Origin: Pyrolobus fumarii 1A
GTDB taxonomy: Archaea > Thermoproteota > Thermoprotei_A > Sulfolobales > Pyrodictiaceae
Reading direction: 5' to 3'
DNA: 32,000 nucleotides
Assembly (NCBI RefSeq): GCF_000223395.1
Contig: NC_015931.1
Coordinates: 1,260,001-1,292,000, forward strand
Below the pieces are notes generated by a model. It worked only from the letters and a program-made list of their open reading frames with translations, made no database searches and was not told the DNA's origin. This document shows positions 7,877 through 15,977 of the stretch, piece by piece; position 1 is the stretch's first letter; every line of letters starts with the position of its first letter. The position numbers were made by a program, and so were the translations under genes.

Positions 7877-7985
7877 AGCAACGGTATCTGCGCCGCGAGA
7901 CACTAGTGTACCATCCTGCTTAGGCCTGCACAACGGTATGTGCCTGATATCCTTGCTGTGATTCTAGCCTCGGGGACATCCCATG

Positions 7986-7994
7986 GCTTTAACC
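7986..7994 (+). promoter_or_regulatory. TATA/BRE-like GCTTTAACC upstream of the Nre gene
   Basis: Identical 9-mer to 3464-3472. It lies 47-55 nt upstream of TTG 8041. Confidence 0.35.
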
Positions 7995-8040
7995 CCTTAT
8001 ACTGGTCTGGTATTTCTATCTTCGAGGAGCGCCGCTAGAC

Positions 8041-9288
8041 TTGCCTGGGGGCAAGGTACCAGCAGCTCTGTGTGCACGTTGCAAGGGATACAAGCGGCTT
8101 TGCGGCCTGCCCCAGTGTCCCATCCTTGCCAGGTTTCGTGCCCAGGTATTCGCAGTTGCGAAGATAACTAGCGGCGATGTTGTCGAGGGTGACACTCCGC
8201 CCTCGTTGGTTGTAGGTGAGGAGGGTTACCCTAGGGTTCCCGTGCTGTACCAAGTGCCTCCGGGCGAGCAGGGGGACAGCGCAAAATGGCATGATGATCC
8301 GGTCGACTGGGCTGGAAAGCGCGTAAAGCTTGATGTTATTCTCGAGCTACGTTCGAGGCTCGTGGGTGGAGTCGAGAGACTCGATGTTAGACAGCCTTGG
8401 GTGCTCTACGAGAAGGAGATTGGCCTCGCCGCTGTATCCGAGACGCCAGTCTCATCGGAAGTACTGCTAGCAAGGCGGCCAGTTCCACGTCTCGTCTTTG
8501 ACGGTATGACGGCGCCCCAGGGTCCTGCCGCTCCAGCACGCGAGATACGCGTGACTGGTAACCCTAAGCCCCCCAGGAAGATAGAGAAGCTGGTTTTCGA
8601 TGATGCGCCTGCCGCTGATGGGGTGTGGGAGGCTTACCGGGCGGGTGTCGACTACTATGCGTTGATACGTGCGTTCTCCGCCGGGTTCATAGGTAGGTTG
8701 AGGTCACGGCGTCTAGTGCCGACAAGGTGGGCGATAACAGCTGTCGACAGCATAATCGGTTCCAGGCTTCGCTCGTTAATAGCCACCGGCAACGAACTAG
8801 GCCAGGTGGAGCTCTACAAGGCATACTATCTTGGAAACCGGTTTATCGTGATACTCGCCCCGGGCCCGTTGCGTGTAGAGATGATTGAGGTGTGGCACCC
8901 GTCTACTCCGTGGGTTAGGAGCGGCGGCCCGGTCGCGATACGCGTCTGGGAGCGTCCCTCCGGGCAACCTAGCGAGATGGATGGTGGCTTCATGGCTGCG
9001 CGTCTGGCTATCCTCGAGGCTCTTGCCGCTAGGCGTAGGAAGGGCTATGCTCTCGTTATACGCGAGATTCTCCCCGAGTATTATGCGCCGGTGGGCAACT
9101 GGCATATCCGTGAGACTCTGCGCCGCGCTCTACAGGGTAAACCCCAGGCTACCTTTTCTAGTATCAACGAGGCTCTGAGCGAGGCTCTTCGAATGGTTGA
9201 TGCAAAGAAGGCGGTAGAGGCTAAGCTTAGGCTTGTTAGGAGGGGGGCGGCTGCGCAACAAACTCTCGACAAGTGGTTAAAAGGTTAG
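8041..9288 (+). CDS. Nre-family archaeal DNA-repair-associated protein (DUF650/DUF651-like) with a C-terminal PCNA-interacting motif
   Basis: The N-terminal Cys cluster CARCKGYKRLCGLPQCPIL matches my recollection of the Nre N-terminal domain. The extreme C-terminus QQTLDKWLKG fits the PIP consensus Q-x-x-[LIM]-x-x-[FYW]-[FYWL]. The only start available is TTG 8041. Confidence 0.55.
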   Translation: MPGGKVPAALCARCKGYKRLCGLPQCPILARFRAQVFAVAKITSGDVVEGDTPPSLVVGEEGYPRVPVLYQVPPGEQGDSAKWHDDPVDWAGKRVKLDVILELRSRLVGGVERLDVRQPWVLYEKEIGLAAVSETPVSSEVLLARRPVPRLVFDGMTAPQGPAAPAREIRVTGNPKPPRKIEKLVFDDAPAADGVWEAYRAGVDYYALIRAFSAGFIGRLRSRRLVPTRWAITAVDSIIGSRLRSLIATGNELGQVELYKAYYLGNRFIVILAPGPLRVEMIEVWHPSTPWVRSGGPVAIRVWERPSGQPSEMDGGFMAARLAILEALAARRRKGYALVIREILPEYYAPVGNWHIRETLRRALQGKPQATFSSINEALSEALRMVDAKKAVEAKLRLVRRGAAAQQTLDKWLKG

Positions 9289-10490
9289 ACTATTTCTACT
9301 GCGAGCGCAGTGCCGCCGCCGGTACCGTGACAGAGTGTAGCTATGCCTCTCTTACCGCCGTGTCTACGCAGCGCGTGTATGAGCGTCACTACTATCCTCG
9401 CGCCTGTACAGCCTAGCGGGTGGCCCAGTGCTATGGCGCCGCCGTGCGGGTTGACGCGCTCCTTTGGCACCTGGGGGAATGCACGGTAGAACAGCCATAT
9501 GTTAATGGCGAAGGCCTCGTTGGCCTCCCAGAAGTCTACATCCTCTGGCTTCCAGCCTATCTTGTCGAGGAGCGCCTTTGCTGCCTCAACAGTCCCGTAG
9601 ACGAACTTCTCTGGGCGGATACCTACCCACGCGAATCCTACGACTTTAGCGAGGGGCTTCAAGCCGAGCTCCTTCACCACCTTTCCGCTCGCCAGGATGA
9701 GGGCGGCTGCGCCATCGCTAAGCTGGCTGGAGTTGCCTGCAGTGTGTGGACCCTTGGGTGTGAAGGCGGGAGGTAGCCTGGCCAGCTTCTCCGGGCTGGT
9801 ATCCCTCCTGATACCCTCATCGCTCTCGACGGTCACACGCCCCTTCTTGGGTATCTCAACCTCGACTGGGACTATCTCCTCGCGGAACCATCCCTCGTCG
9901 GTGGCCTTCGCGGCCCTCATGTGGCTCTCGTAGGCTATCATGTCCAGCTCTTCTCGTGGCGCGTTGTTCTCCCATGCGACTTCATCGGCCTCCACACCCA
10001 TCATCTTCCAGTTCCAGGAGTCCGTGAGACCATCGTGAGCCATGAGGTCTATGAGCTTGGCCTCCCTGGTTATCAGGTGGCGTAGACCCCACCGCGCCTC
10101 GGGCGGTAGTGCAATAGGGGCGCGACTCATCGACTCCATACCGCCAGCCAGCACAATGTCATACTCGCCGAGCTTGATCATTCGCACTGCCTCCCATATC
10201 GCGAGCATACCAGAGCTACACACCATGTTTACGACGAAACCATTGACCTTTTCCGGTATGCCTGCCAGGAGAGCAGCTCTACGAGCACTATGCTGTCCAA
10301 CACCACCTTGAATGACGTGACCCATCACATAGGCCTGCACATCCTTTGGTGCCAACCCTGCCCTCTCTACAGCCGCTCGTATAGCATGTGCAGCTAGGTC
10401 GGGTGCCGGTATGTTAGCGAACACGCCACCGAACTTACCAATGGGGGTCCTAACAGCACTCACAATATAGACGCTCTTCTCGTCTATCAA
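9285..10490 (-). CDS. Acetyl-CoA C-acetyltransferase (thiolase)
   Basis: Thiolase signatures are present: the VNMVCSSGM active-site Cys region, GHPLGCTGARIV, and the C-terminal LCHGTGGGTALAVE. TTG start. It overlaps the Nre stop codon by 4 nt in convergent orientation. Confidence 0.85.
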   Translation of the reverse strand: MIDEKSVYIVSAVRTPIGKFGGVFANIPAPDLAAHAIRAAVERAGLAPKDVQAYVMGHVIQGGVGQHSARRAALLAGIPEKVNGFVVNMVCSSGMLAIWEAVRMIKLGEYDIVLAGGMESMSRAPIALPPEARWGLRHLITREAKLIDLMAHDGLTDSWNWKMMGVEADEVAWENNAPREELDMIAYESHMRAAKATDEGWFREEIVPVEVEIPKKGRVTVESDEGIRRDTSPEKLARLPPAFTPKGPHTAGNSSQLSDGAAALILASGKVVKELGLKPLAKVVGFAWVGIRPEKFVYGTVEAAKALLDKIGWKPEDVDFWEANEAFAINIWLFYRAFPQVPKERVNPHGGAIALGHPLGCTGARIVVTLIHALRRHGGKRGIATLCHGTGGGTALAVEIV

Positions 10491-10518
10491 GGCCTAGCCC
10501 GGTGCACGGTCACCAACC

Positions 10519-10528
10519 CCACATAAAG
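10519..10528 (-). promoter_or_regulatory. TATA-like CTTTATGTGG upstream of the thiolase gene
   Basis: The minus strand reads CTTTATGTGG about 35 nt before TTG 10490. It shares TTATGTGG with the elements at 4581 and 29166. Confidence 0.4.
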
Positions 10529-10664
10529 AGGCTTAGCATTCACCCAATTTTCCCTCATCCAACACCCCAGTTACAACACCACCAACTACACCAGAGCACC
10601 ATCCGGAACCATGGCTCGAGACCAGTATGAAACATTACCAGCATGTTGAGAAGCGTGTAAAACT

Positions 10665-10683
10665 GGTTTATAACCGGTTTATA
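10665..10683 (+). promoter_or_regulatory. Tandem GGTTTATA boxes (two canonical TTTATA elements 11 nt apart)
   Basis: GGTTTATA occurs at 10665-10672 and 10676-10683. No protein gene lies downstream on the plus strand. The second box sits about 25 nt before the structured segment that starts near 10705. Confidence 0.35.
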
Positions 10684-10704
10684 GTTATACTCACCAGCAA
10701 GGCG

Positions 10705-10765
10705 ATGGTGAAGACTTCGGCTGGGTGACCCAGCCGGGGGTGATCGATATCACCCTCGCTGAGCC
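10705..10765 (+). other. Structured segment: twin perfect palindromes, a possible small RNA or a bidirectional 3'-end structure for purE
   Basis: The palindromes are GGCTGGGT-G-ACCCAGCC (10719-10735) and GGGTGAT-CGAT-ATCACCC (10738-10755). A degenerate C/D-like layout is also present: GTGAAGA 10708-10714, then GTGATCG 10740-10746, N12, CTGA 10759-10762. It lies just 3' of the purE stop codon (10770). Confidence 0.25.
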
Positions 10766-10769
10766 CTCA

Positions 10770-11186
10770 TCACTCGCAGCGACCAGCAAGCCTCAGTATC
10801 CTCAGTGCTAGGTGCGCCGCGTTTTCCGCATTACCTATGCCCACCGTTGCTACTGGGACGCCTCTAGGCATCTGGACTATCGAGAGTAGGGCGTCGATCC
10901 CGTTGAGCGGCCCGGCTGGCAGCGGGACGCCTATCACGGGCTTTTGTGTACGAGATGCTATGTATCCGGGTAGGTGTGCAGCCAGCCCGGCCATCGCTAT
11001 GTACACGTCTATGCTCTCATCGTTCTCCTCGATGAACCTGTCGAGCTCCTTAGGGTTACGGTGTGCGCTCAGAACCCTGAACACGACCTCAATACCGTGC
11101 TCCTGCAGGAGCTTTACTGCCTTCTCGCCATACTCGCGGTCCCGCTCACTACCGATTATCACAGCAACACGAGCCTTACACGGCAA
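10770..11186 (-). CDS. purE: N5-carboxyaminoimidazole ribonucleotide mutase (PurE)
   Basis: [40 protein letters not shown] matches the PurE fold motifs. TTG start. Confidence 0.85.
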   Translation of the reverse strand: MPCKARVAVIIGSERDREYGEKAVKLLQEHGIEVVFRVLSAHRNPKELDRFIEENDESIDVYIAMAGLAAHLPGYIASRTQKPVIGVPLPAGPLNGIDALLSIVQMPRGVPVATVGIGNAENAAHLALRILRLAGRCE

Positions 11187-11225
11187 GATTAGCGTCCCCT
11201 GGTGCGCCGGTGCGGAGTTTCACAC

Positions 11226-11234
11226 GGTTAAACT
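11226..11234 (-). promoter_or_regulatory. TATA-like AGTTTAACC upstream of purE
   Basis: The minus strand reads AGTTTAACC about 44 nt before TTG 11186. Confidence 0.35.
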
Positions 11235-11313
11235 GTTGCGCAGCTCGTCTTGGACCCAGGTTGGTAGGCACCGTCTGGCATAGAAGGATGTGTGCCTGTC
11301 ACTGGAGTTACTG

Positions 11314-11386
11314 GCGGGCCTGGTGAGGAGCGGAATACTCGCCGAGAGTTTCTGGGTGAGGAGAGTCGGAGGAGCCGAGGGCCCGC
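11314..11386 (+). ncRNA. Candidate C/D-box-like k-turn sRNA (sR5) with GUGAGGA/CCGA boxes
   Basis: GCGGGCCU-G-GUGAGGA(11323-11329)-N12-CCGA(11342-11345)-10 nt-GUGAGGA(11356-11362)-N12-CCGA(11375-11378)-GGGCCCGC. The 8-bp terminal stem (11314-11321 / 11379-11386) has 7 Watson-Crick pairs and 1 G.U pair. It leaves exactly a 3-nt bulge before the tandem G.A/A.G pairs. Confidence 0.45.
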
Positions 11387-11394
11387 GACTATAA
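11387..11394 (+). promoter_or_regulatory. TATA box GACTATAA of purM
   Basis: The same 8-mer lies upstream of purC (25306-25313). In both cases the start codon is exactly 44 nt from the first base of the motif. Confidence 0.5.
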
Positions 11395-11430
11395 GGTGTT
11401 ATTGCACCTCCTCCGCATCGGGGACGTAAC

Positions 11431-12426
11431 TTGCGTTATCGCGATGCTGGTGTTGACCTGGATGCACACCGCGCTATGCACGCTGTGGCGGCTAGGGTGC
11501 TGAGCGGGTCCCGGGGGGCGTACACGTCCAGTATGCTGCTGGACGGTACCGAGATAACACTACACGTTGATGGTGTTGGTACGAAGACCCTGGTGCTCGA
11601 GAAGCTTGGCAGGCTTGATGTCGCCGGGTGGGACTGCGTAGTCATGAACACTAATGATGTTGCTTGTGACGCCTTCCGTCCGGTAGCCCTAGTTGATTAC
11701 GTGGCATTGCCGCGGAGCGACGAGAGCCTGTTCAAGCCCGTTCTTGAGGGTGTTGCGAGGGCCGCAGAGAGACTCGGTATTGCCGTGCTTGGCGGCGAGA
11801 CTGCTATACTGCCGGGGCTGGCACAGGGCGTTGATGTAGTGTGTACTGTCCTGGCTGTTAGGGATAAGCGTGTGGAGAACCGGGCGGGTATAGGCGACGT
11901 GTTGTACGGTCTCCCTAGTAACGGGCTTCACGCGAACGGCTTTAGTCTTGTAAGGCGGCTCATCGAGGAGAAGCTCGGAGGAGACTACCACGCTGTCATA
12001 GATGGTGTCGAGCTTGCAGAGGAGCTCTCCAAGCCCGTTGCTGATTATACGGGCTTCTTGCTTGAAGCCTGGCGTGAAGGCGTCATCACAGCAGCTGCGC
12101 ACATCACTGGCGGTGCATACACGAAACTCTCAAGGATACTCCCGGAGGGTGCGCGGGCTGTTCTTGACATGCCACGTTCGCCTCCAATCTTCGAGCTTCT
12201 CTTGAAGCTTGGTGTCCCGGTTGACGAGGCGTACCGCGTGTTCAACATGGGTTTTGGGCTTGTTGTCGCGGCTAGGCCCGATCCGGGCGTAGAGGATACA
12301 CTTGCAATGATAGCTGAGAAGCACGGGTTTAGCCTTGTTAAGCTTGGCAGAGTGGAGGCGTCGGAACAGAGAGAGGTTGTGATACGCTCGCCGTACGTCG
12401 GCGAGCCGCTAGTGTACCGTGTTTAG
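11431..12426 (+). CDS. purM: Phosphoribosylformylglycinamidine cyclo-ligase (AIR synthetase)
   Basis: YRDAGVDLDA at the N-terminus, the DGVGTK motif, and a PurM-like C-terminal domain. TTG start. Confidence 0.9.
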   Translation: MRYRDAGVDLDAHRAMHAVAARVLSGSRGAYTSSMLLDGTEITLHVDGVGTKTLVLEKLGRLDVAGWDCVVMNTNDVACDAFRPVALVDYVALPRSDESLFKPVLEGVARAAERLGIAVLGGETAILPGLAQGVDVVCTVLAVRDKRVENRAGIGDVLYGLPSNGLHANGFSLVRRLIEEKLGGDYHAVIDGVELAEELSKPVADYTGFLLEAWREGVITAAAHITGGAYTKLSRILPEGARAVLDMPRSPPIFELLLKLGVPVDEAYRVFNMGFGLVVAARPDPGVEDTLAMIAEKHGFSLVKLGRVEASEQREVVIRSPYVGEPLVYRV

Positions 12427-12486
12427 CGACGATGGCGCTGGGTTGTTTTCCCCTAAACACTACTCTGTGGAGCGGGATGGTAGGTC

Positions 12487-14469
12487 TTGGAGAGCAAGCC
12501 CAGACTCTACGACGCTATACCTCATAGGCTGTTGGCACGCGCAGTAGTAGAGACGCTTAGAGCCAAGGGCGTAAACGTTGACGAGAAGATAGTCGAGTAT
12601 CTTGTCGCTGAGCCCCCTAGGCCAGATTACGGCGACTTTGGCATACCGCTTCATCGCTGGGCGCGCGAGGCTCGTACAGACCCGCGTGTGCTAGCCGAGG
12701 AGGCAGCCGGTAGGCTCCGCGAGACTGCAGGCAATCTCTTCTCGGATGTCAAGAGTATAGGTCCGTATCTGAACATACGCCTCAACCCTGTAGAGTATTC
12801 CAAGCTTGTCTTTGAGGCTGCTAGGCTGGAGGGTGATGGCTACGGCCAGGTTAAGACGGAGAAGCCAGAGCGCATAGTAGTTGAGCACACGAGTGCCAAC
12901 CCCGTGCATCCTCTTCACATAGGCCATGCTCGTAACATGGCGCTGGGCGACACCCTCGCCAGGATGTTAAGGGCGCGTGGCCATATCGTCCAGACCAGGT
13001 ACTATGTGAACGACATGGGTACGCAAGTCGCTGTGCTAGCGTATGGCGTGATGCTTCTCGGTGAGCGGAGGGTACCGGAGGGTGTAAAACCTGACCATTG
13101 GCTGGGTCTTGTCTACGCTATTACACACACGCTTGCGGACATCCAGAAGGTCAAGAAGGAGCTTGAGGAGGCTAAGAGGAGGGGCAACGAGGAAGAGATA
13201 CGCGAGAAGCAGGAGGAACTTGACAAGCTCGTTGCTGCGGCTGCGCGCTTACGGGAAAGGGACGAGCAGCTGTTCGATAGGCTCGCTGAGGCCATAGGGA
13301 AGAGGAGCGACCCATGGAGCGAGATATACGAGATTGTAAGGAAGTATGAGTTTCGCAGCGACAAGGAGACTGTAGACACTGTGAGGTGGGTTGCCGAGAC
13401 TGTATTGAAGGGCATAAGGGAGACAATGGAGAGGTTCGATGCGCTGCCGGAAGTGTGGGACTGGGAGAGCGAGCTGGTATGGGGTGGACTCGTTGGGGAG
13501 ATACTCGAGAGGGCTAGACAGAGTCCCTACTTTACGATCCACAAGGGCGCGCCCGCCCTAGATCTCCGCGAGATTCAGCAGGATCCAGAGGTGAGGGAGA
13601 AGCTAGAACTTCCCAAGACGTTTGAGATACCGCCTCTAATCCTCCAGAGGAGCGACGGGACGACACTCTACACTACCCGCGACATCGCCTACACGCTAAA
13701 GAAGTTCAGGGAGTTCAACGCAGACCGCGTCATTAACGTTATAGCTGCTGAGCAGAGACTCGAGCAGCTCCAAGTTAGACTGGCTTTGATAGCACTAGGC
13801 TATCGCCGCGAGGCACTCAACACCGTACACTATGCGTATGAGATGGTGAACCTACCGGGTAGGAGCATGAGTGGACGAAGAGGAGAGTATGTCGACCTTG
13901 ACGGCCTCTACGAGGCAGCCTTTGTGAGAGCCTTGGAGGAGGTTGAGAAGAGGAATGCCGAGTTACCACGCGAGGAGAAAGAGAGGATAGCCTCGCAAAT
14001 AGCCATAGGCGCTATACGTTTCACGCTAGTATCAGTCTCAGCATCAAAACCCATAACCTTTAGGCTGGAGGAGGCGCTCAACTTTGAGCGTAACAGTGCA
14101 CCCTACCTCCAGTACACGTACGCCCGCGCGCACAACATACTAGCCAAGTGGGGCAAACCAATACCATGGGACGAGGTTGACTATACTGCCGTTGAGAGAG
14201 AGCCAGCAGAGAGGGCGGAGCTTGTAAAGCTCCTCGCTGTGTATCCACACGTGTTCGCAAAAGCTGCAGACGAGCTTAGGCCAGAGCTGTTAGCCCAGCA
14301 TCTCCTACGTATAGCCGATGTGTTCAACCGCTGGTATCCGAAGGACCCGGTTATACACGAGCAGGACCCTGGCACTAAGGCGTTCAAGCTTGCACTAGTC
14401 TATAGCGTTAGGGCGGCGCTGCGCAGCGGCCTTAGCCTGCTAGGCGTGCCGACCCCCGAGAGAATGTGA
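12487..14469 (+). CDS. argS: Arginine--tRNA ligase
   Basis: Class I HIGH motif in HTSANPVHPLHIGHARN. The length of 660 aa and the C-terminal anticodon-binding region are typical of ArgRS. TTG start. Confidence 0.9.
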   Translation: MESKPRLYDAIPHRLLARAVVETLRAKGVNVDEKIVEYLVAEPPRPDYGDFGIPLHRWAREARTDPRVLAEEAAGRLRETAGNLFSDVKSIGPYLNIRLNPVEYSKLVFEAARLEGDGYGQVKTEKPERIVVEHTSANPVHPLHIGHARNMALGDTLARMLRARGHIVQTRYYVNDMGTQVAVLAYGVMLLGERRVPEGVKPDHWLGLVYAITHTLADIQKVKKELEEAKRRGNEEEIREKQEELDKLVAAAARLRERDEQLFDRLAEAIGKRSDPWSEIYEIVRKYEFRSDKETVDTVRWVAETVLKGIRETMERFDALPEVWDWESELVWGGLVGEILERARQSPYFTIHKGAPALDLREIQQDPEVREKLELPKTFEIPPLILQRSDGTTLYTTRDIAYTLKKFREFNADRVINVIAAEQRLEQLQVRLALIALGYRREALNTVHYAYEMVNLPGRSMSGRRGEYVDLDGLYEAAFVRALEEVEKRNAELPREEKERIASQIAIGAIRFTLVSVSASKPITFRLEEALNFERNSAPYLQYTYARAHNILAKWGKPIPWDEVDYTAVEREPAERAELVKLLAVYPHVFAKAADELRPELLAQHLLRIADVFNRWYPKDPVIHEQDPGTKAFKLALVYSVRAALRSGLSLLGVPTPERM

Positions 14470-14482
14470 AGAGGAGGAGGGC

Positions 14483-15619
14483 TTGCCAAGCCGTGCAGCG
14501 CTCGAGTCGATGATATCGTTGAGTCTAGTGGCTATCGGCGAGACTATCGCTGGGCTCATACTCTCGAGTCTCAGCGGCCTCATAGAGCATTACCCGCATA
14601 TCCTCGCTCTTTACCCTATAATGGCTGCTGCACGCGGTAACATCTATGCCACGCTGGGCTCGAGGATAACATCTAGACTCCATCTGGGTCTTGTAGACCC
14701 TGGGAGCCCCGGGTCCATAGTAAAGCGGGAAGCCCCCCGCATCTACATACAGTCTATACTCTCGGCACTTGTTTCCGCTACCATAGCACTGTTGGCGTTA
14801 CTAGCGGCGGGCCGTATGGGGAGAATATCCGCGCTCGAAGTGTTTGGCACCGCTGTATTGCTCCCCGCGATAATCGTGCCCATACTGACTAGCTTCACGG
14901 TTATGGCTGCAACGCTGGGTTTCCGGAGGAGCATCGACCCTGACAACTACCTCACACCCCTCATAACACTGGTAGGCGATATAGTTGTTCTTCCGGCGCT
15001 AGCGGCTTCGGCTGTACTAGCAGCCATTATAGGCCCGTTTGCTCTCCTTCCACTAACCGTCGCCTTCATAGCCTATAGGGTACTAGACCGTGAGGGTAAG
15101 AGGGCGCTTGCCGAGAACACGGCGGCGGTACTTACCGGCTCGATAGTCGAGCTTCTCACGAGCTATACACTGGTATCAAAATTAGAGTTGCTTACAGCTA
15201 ACCCCCTGATACTGGCTGCAATACCCTCATTCAATGCCGAGAATGGCGCCGCAATAGGCGTGCTTGCCTCAAAGCTAGCAACACGCCTACACCTGGGCCT
15301 CTACGAGGCCAACCCAAGGACTATCCTCAGAGATGCACTGCGAGTATACACAACTCTACTGCCAGCATATATGCTGACAAGCATCCTCGTATCCACGGCA
15401 CTCTATCGCCTCAATGCTATGCCATCACTTCTCGCATTGCTAGCATCGACGGGCGCATTGATAGCCATGGTTTTCACCATACTCACGCATATCGCGTCAC
15501 TCGCGAGTTACAGGGCAGGATTAGACCCCGACAACATTGTCATACCCTTGATGACTGCCGGGGTTGACGCGGCCAGCACGGCAGCTCTACTAGCGTTCAC
15601 GGGCCTCGTTCTCGCCTAG
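14483..15619 (+). CDS. Divalent-cation (Mg2+) transporter with a duplicated MgtE-type membrane domain
   Basis: It has two repeats, each carrying AARGNIYATLGSRITSRLHLG / ENGAAIGVLASKLATRLHLG and DPDNY/DPDNI motifs. About 10 TM segments. GAGGAGGAGG lies immediately upstream of TTG 14483. Confidence 0.7.
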   Translation: MPSRAALESMISLSLVAIGETIAGLILSSLSGLIEHYPHILALYPIMAAARGNIYATLGSRITSRLHLGLVDPGSPGSIVKREAPRIYIQSILSALVSATIALLALLAAGRMGRISALEVFGTAVLLPAIIVPILTSFTVMAATLGFRRSIDPDNYLTPLITLVGDIVVLPALAASAVLAAIIGPFALLPLTVAFIAYRVLDREGKRALAENTAAVLTGSIVELLTSYTLVSKLELLTANPLILAAIPSFNAENGAAIGVLASKLATRLHLGLYEANPRTILRDALRVYTTLLPAYMLTSILVSTALYRLNAMPSLLALLASTGALIAMVFTILTHIASLASYRAGLDPDNIVIPLMTAGVDAASTAALLAFTGLVLA

Positions 15620-15976
15620 ACAGCCCCGCGGTACCTCAGCATCACTCAATACGCGCACAACTTCGCTGATAGCCTCGTCCTCGCTAGCATCCCCCTCAAT
15701 GAGCTGCCACTCTGCGTATCCTATCTTGCGCTGCGCCCGCGTCAACCTACGCGACACCAGCATAACGCCCCTCCTAGAGGGGTGCGTCACGATACTAACA
15801 TACGCCCTCACTATAGCGGCTACAGTAGCCTCGTGAAGCACTACCCGGGTACCATCCTTGAACTCAAGGACGAGTCTGAGGTGGTAATGCCCGGGTGGGA
15901 TGGCCGCCAAAATACGAGAGACACACTCGTTGGGGTATAGGAGGGGTTTACGCGGCAAAACTAGCCCGGGGGACAA
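15590..15976 (-). CDS. Hypothetical protein (128 aa) translationally coupled to atpB
   Basis: Its TTG start at 15976 is separated by 1 nt from the atpB stop codon (15978-15980). No family was recognised. Its 3' end overlaps the convergent MgtE-like gene by 30 nt. Confidence 0.45.
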   Translation of the reverse strand: MSPGLVLPRKPLLYPNECVSRILAAIPPGHYHLRLVLEFKDGTRVVLHEATVAAIVRAYVSIVTHPSRRGVMLVSRRLTRAQRKIGYAEWQLIEGDASEDEAISEVVRVLSDAEVPRGCLGENEARER

Positions 15977-15977
15977 T

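Noticed and set aside
7177-7933. Long minus-strand ORFs (234 and 201 aa) antisense to sirC, and similar antisense ORFs at 6289..6693, 10837..11283, 11689..12102, 16624..17298, 24041..24289, 25634..25975 and 30949..31428
   Set aside because: Each lies opposite a gene with unmistakable conserved motifs (sirC, hemA, purE, purM, atpB, NMD3, purC, hemL). Each has low-complexity S/T/A/L/R composition and no independent promoter or SD evidence.
7144-10668. An 11-mer TAAAACTGGTT shared by the hemA/sirC spacer (7144-7154) and the thiolase/purE spacer (10658-10668) as a specific regulatory site
   Set aside because: By my rough estimate, many identical 11-mer pairs are expected by chance in 32 kb. Both copies are simply part of AT-rich promoter or terminator DNA.
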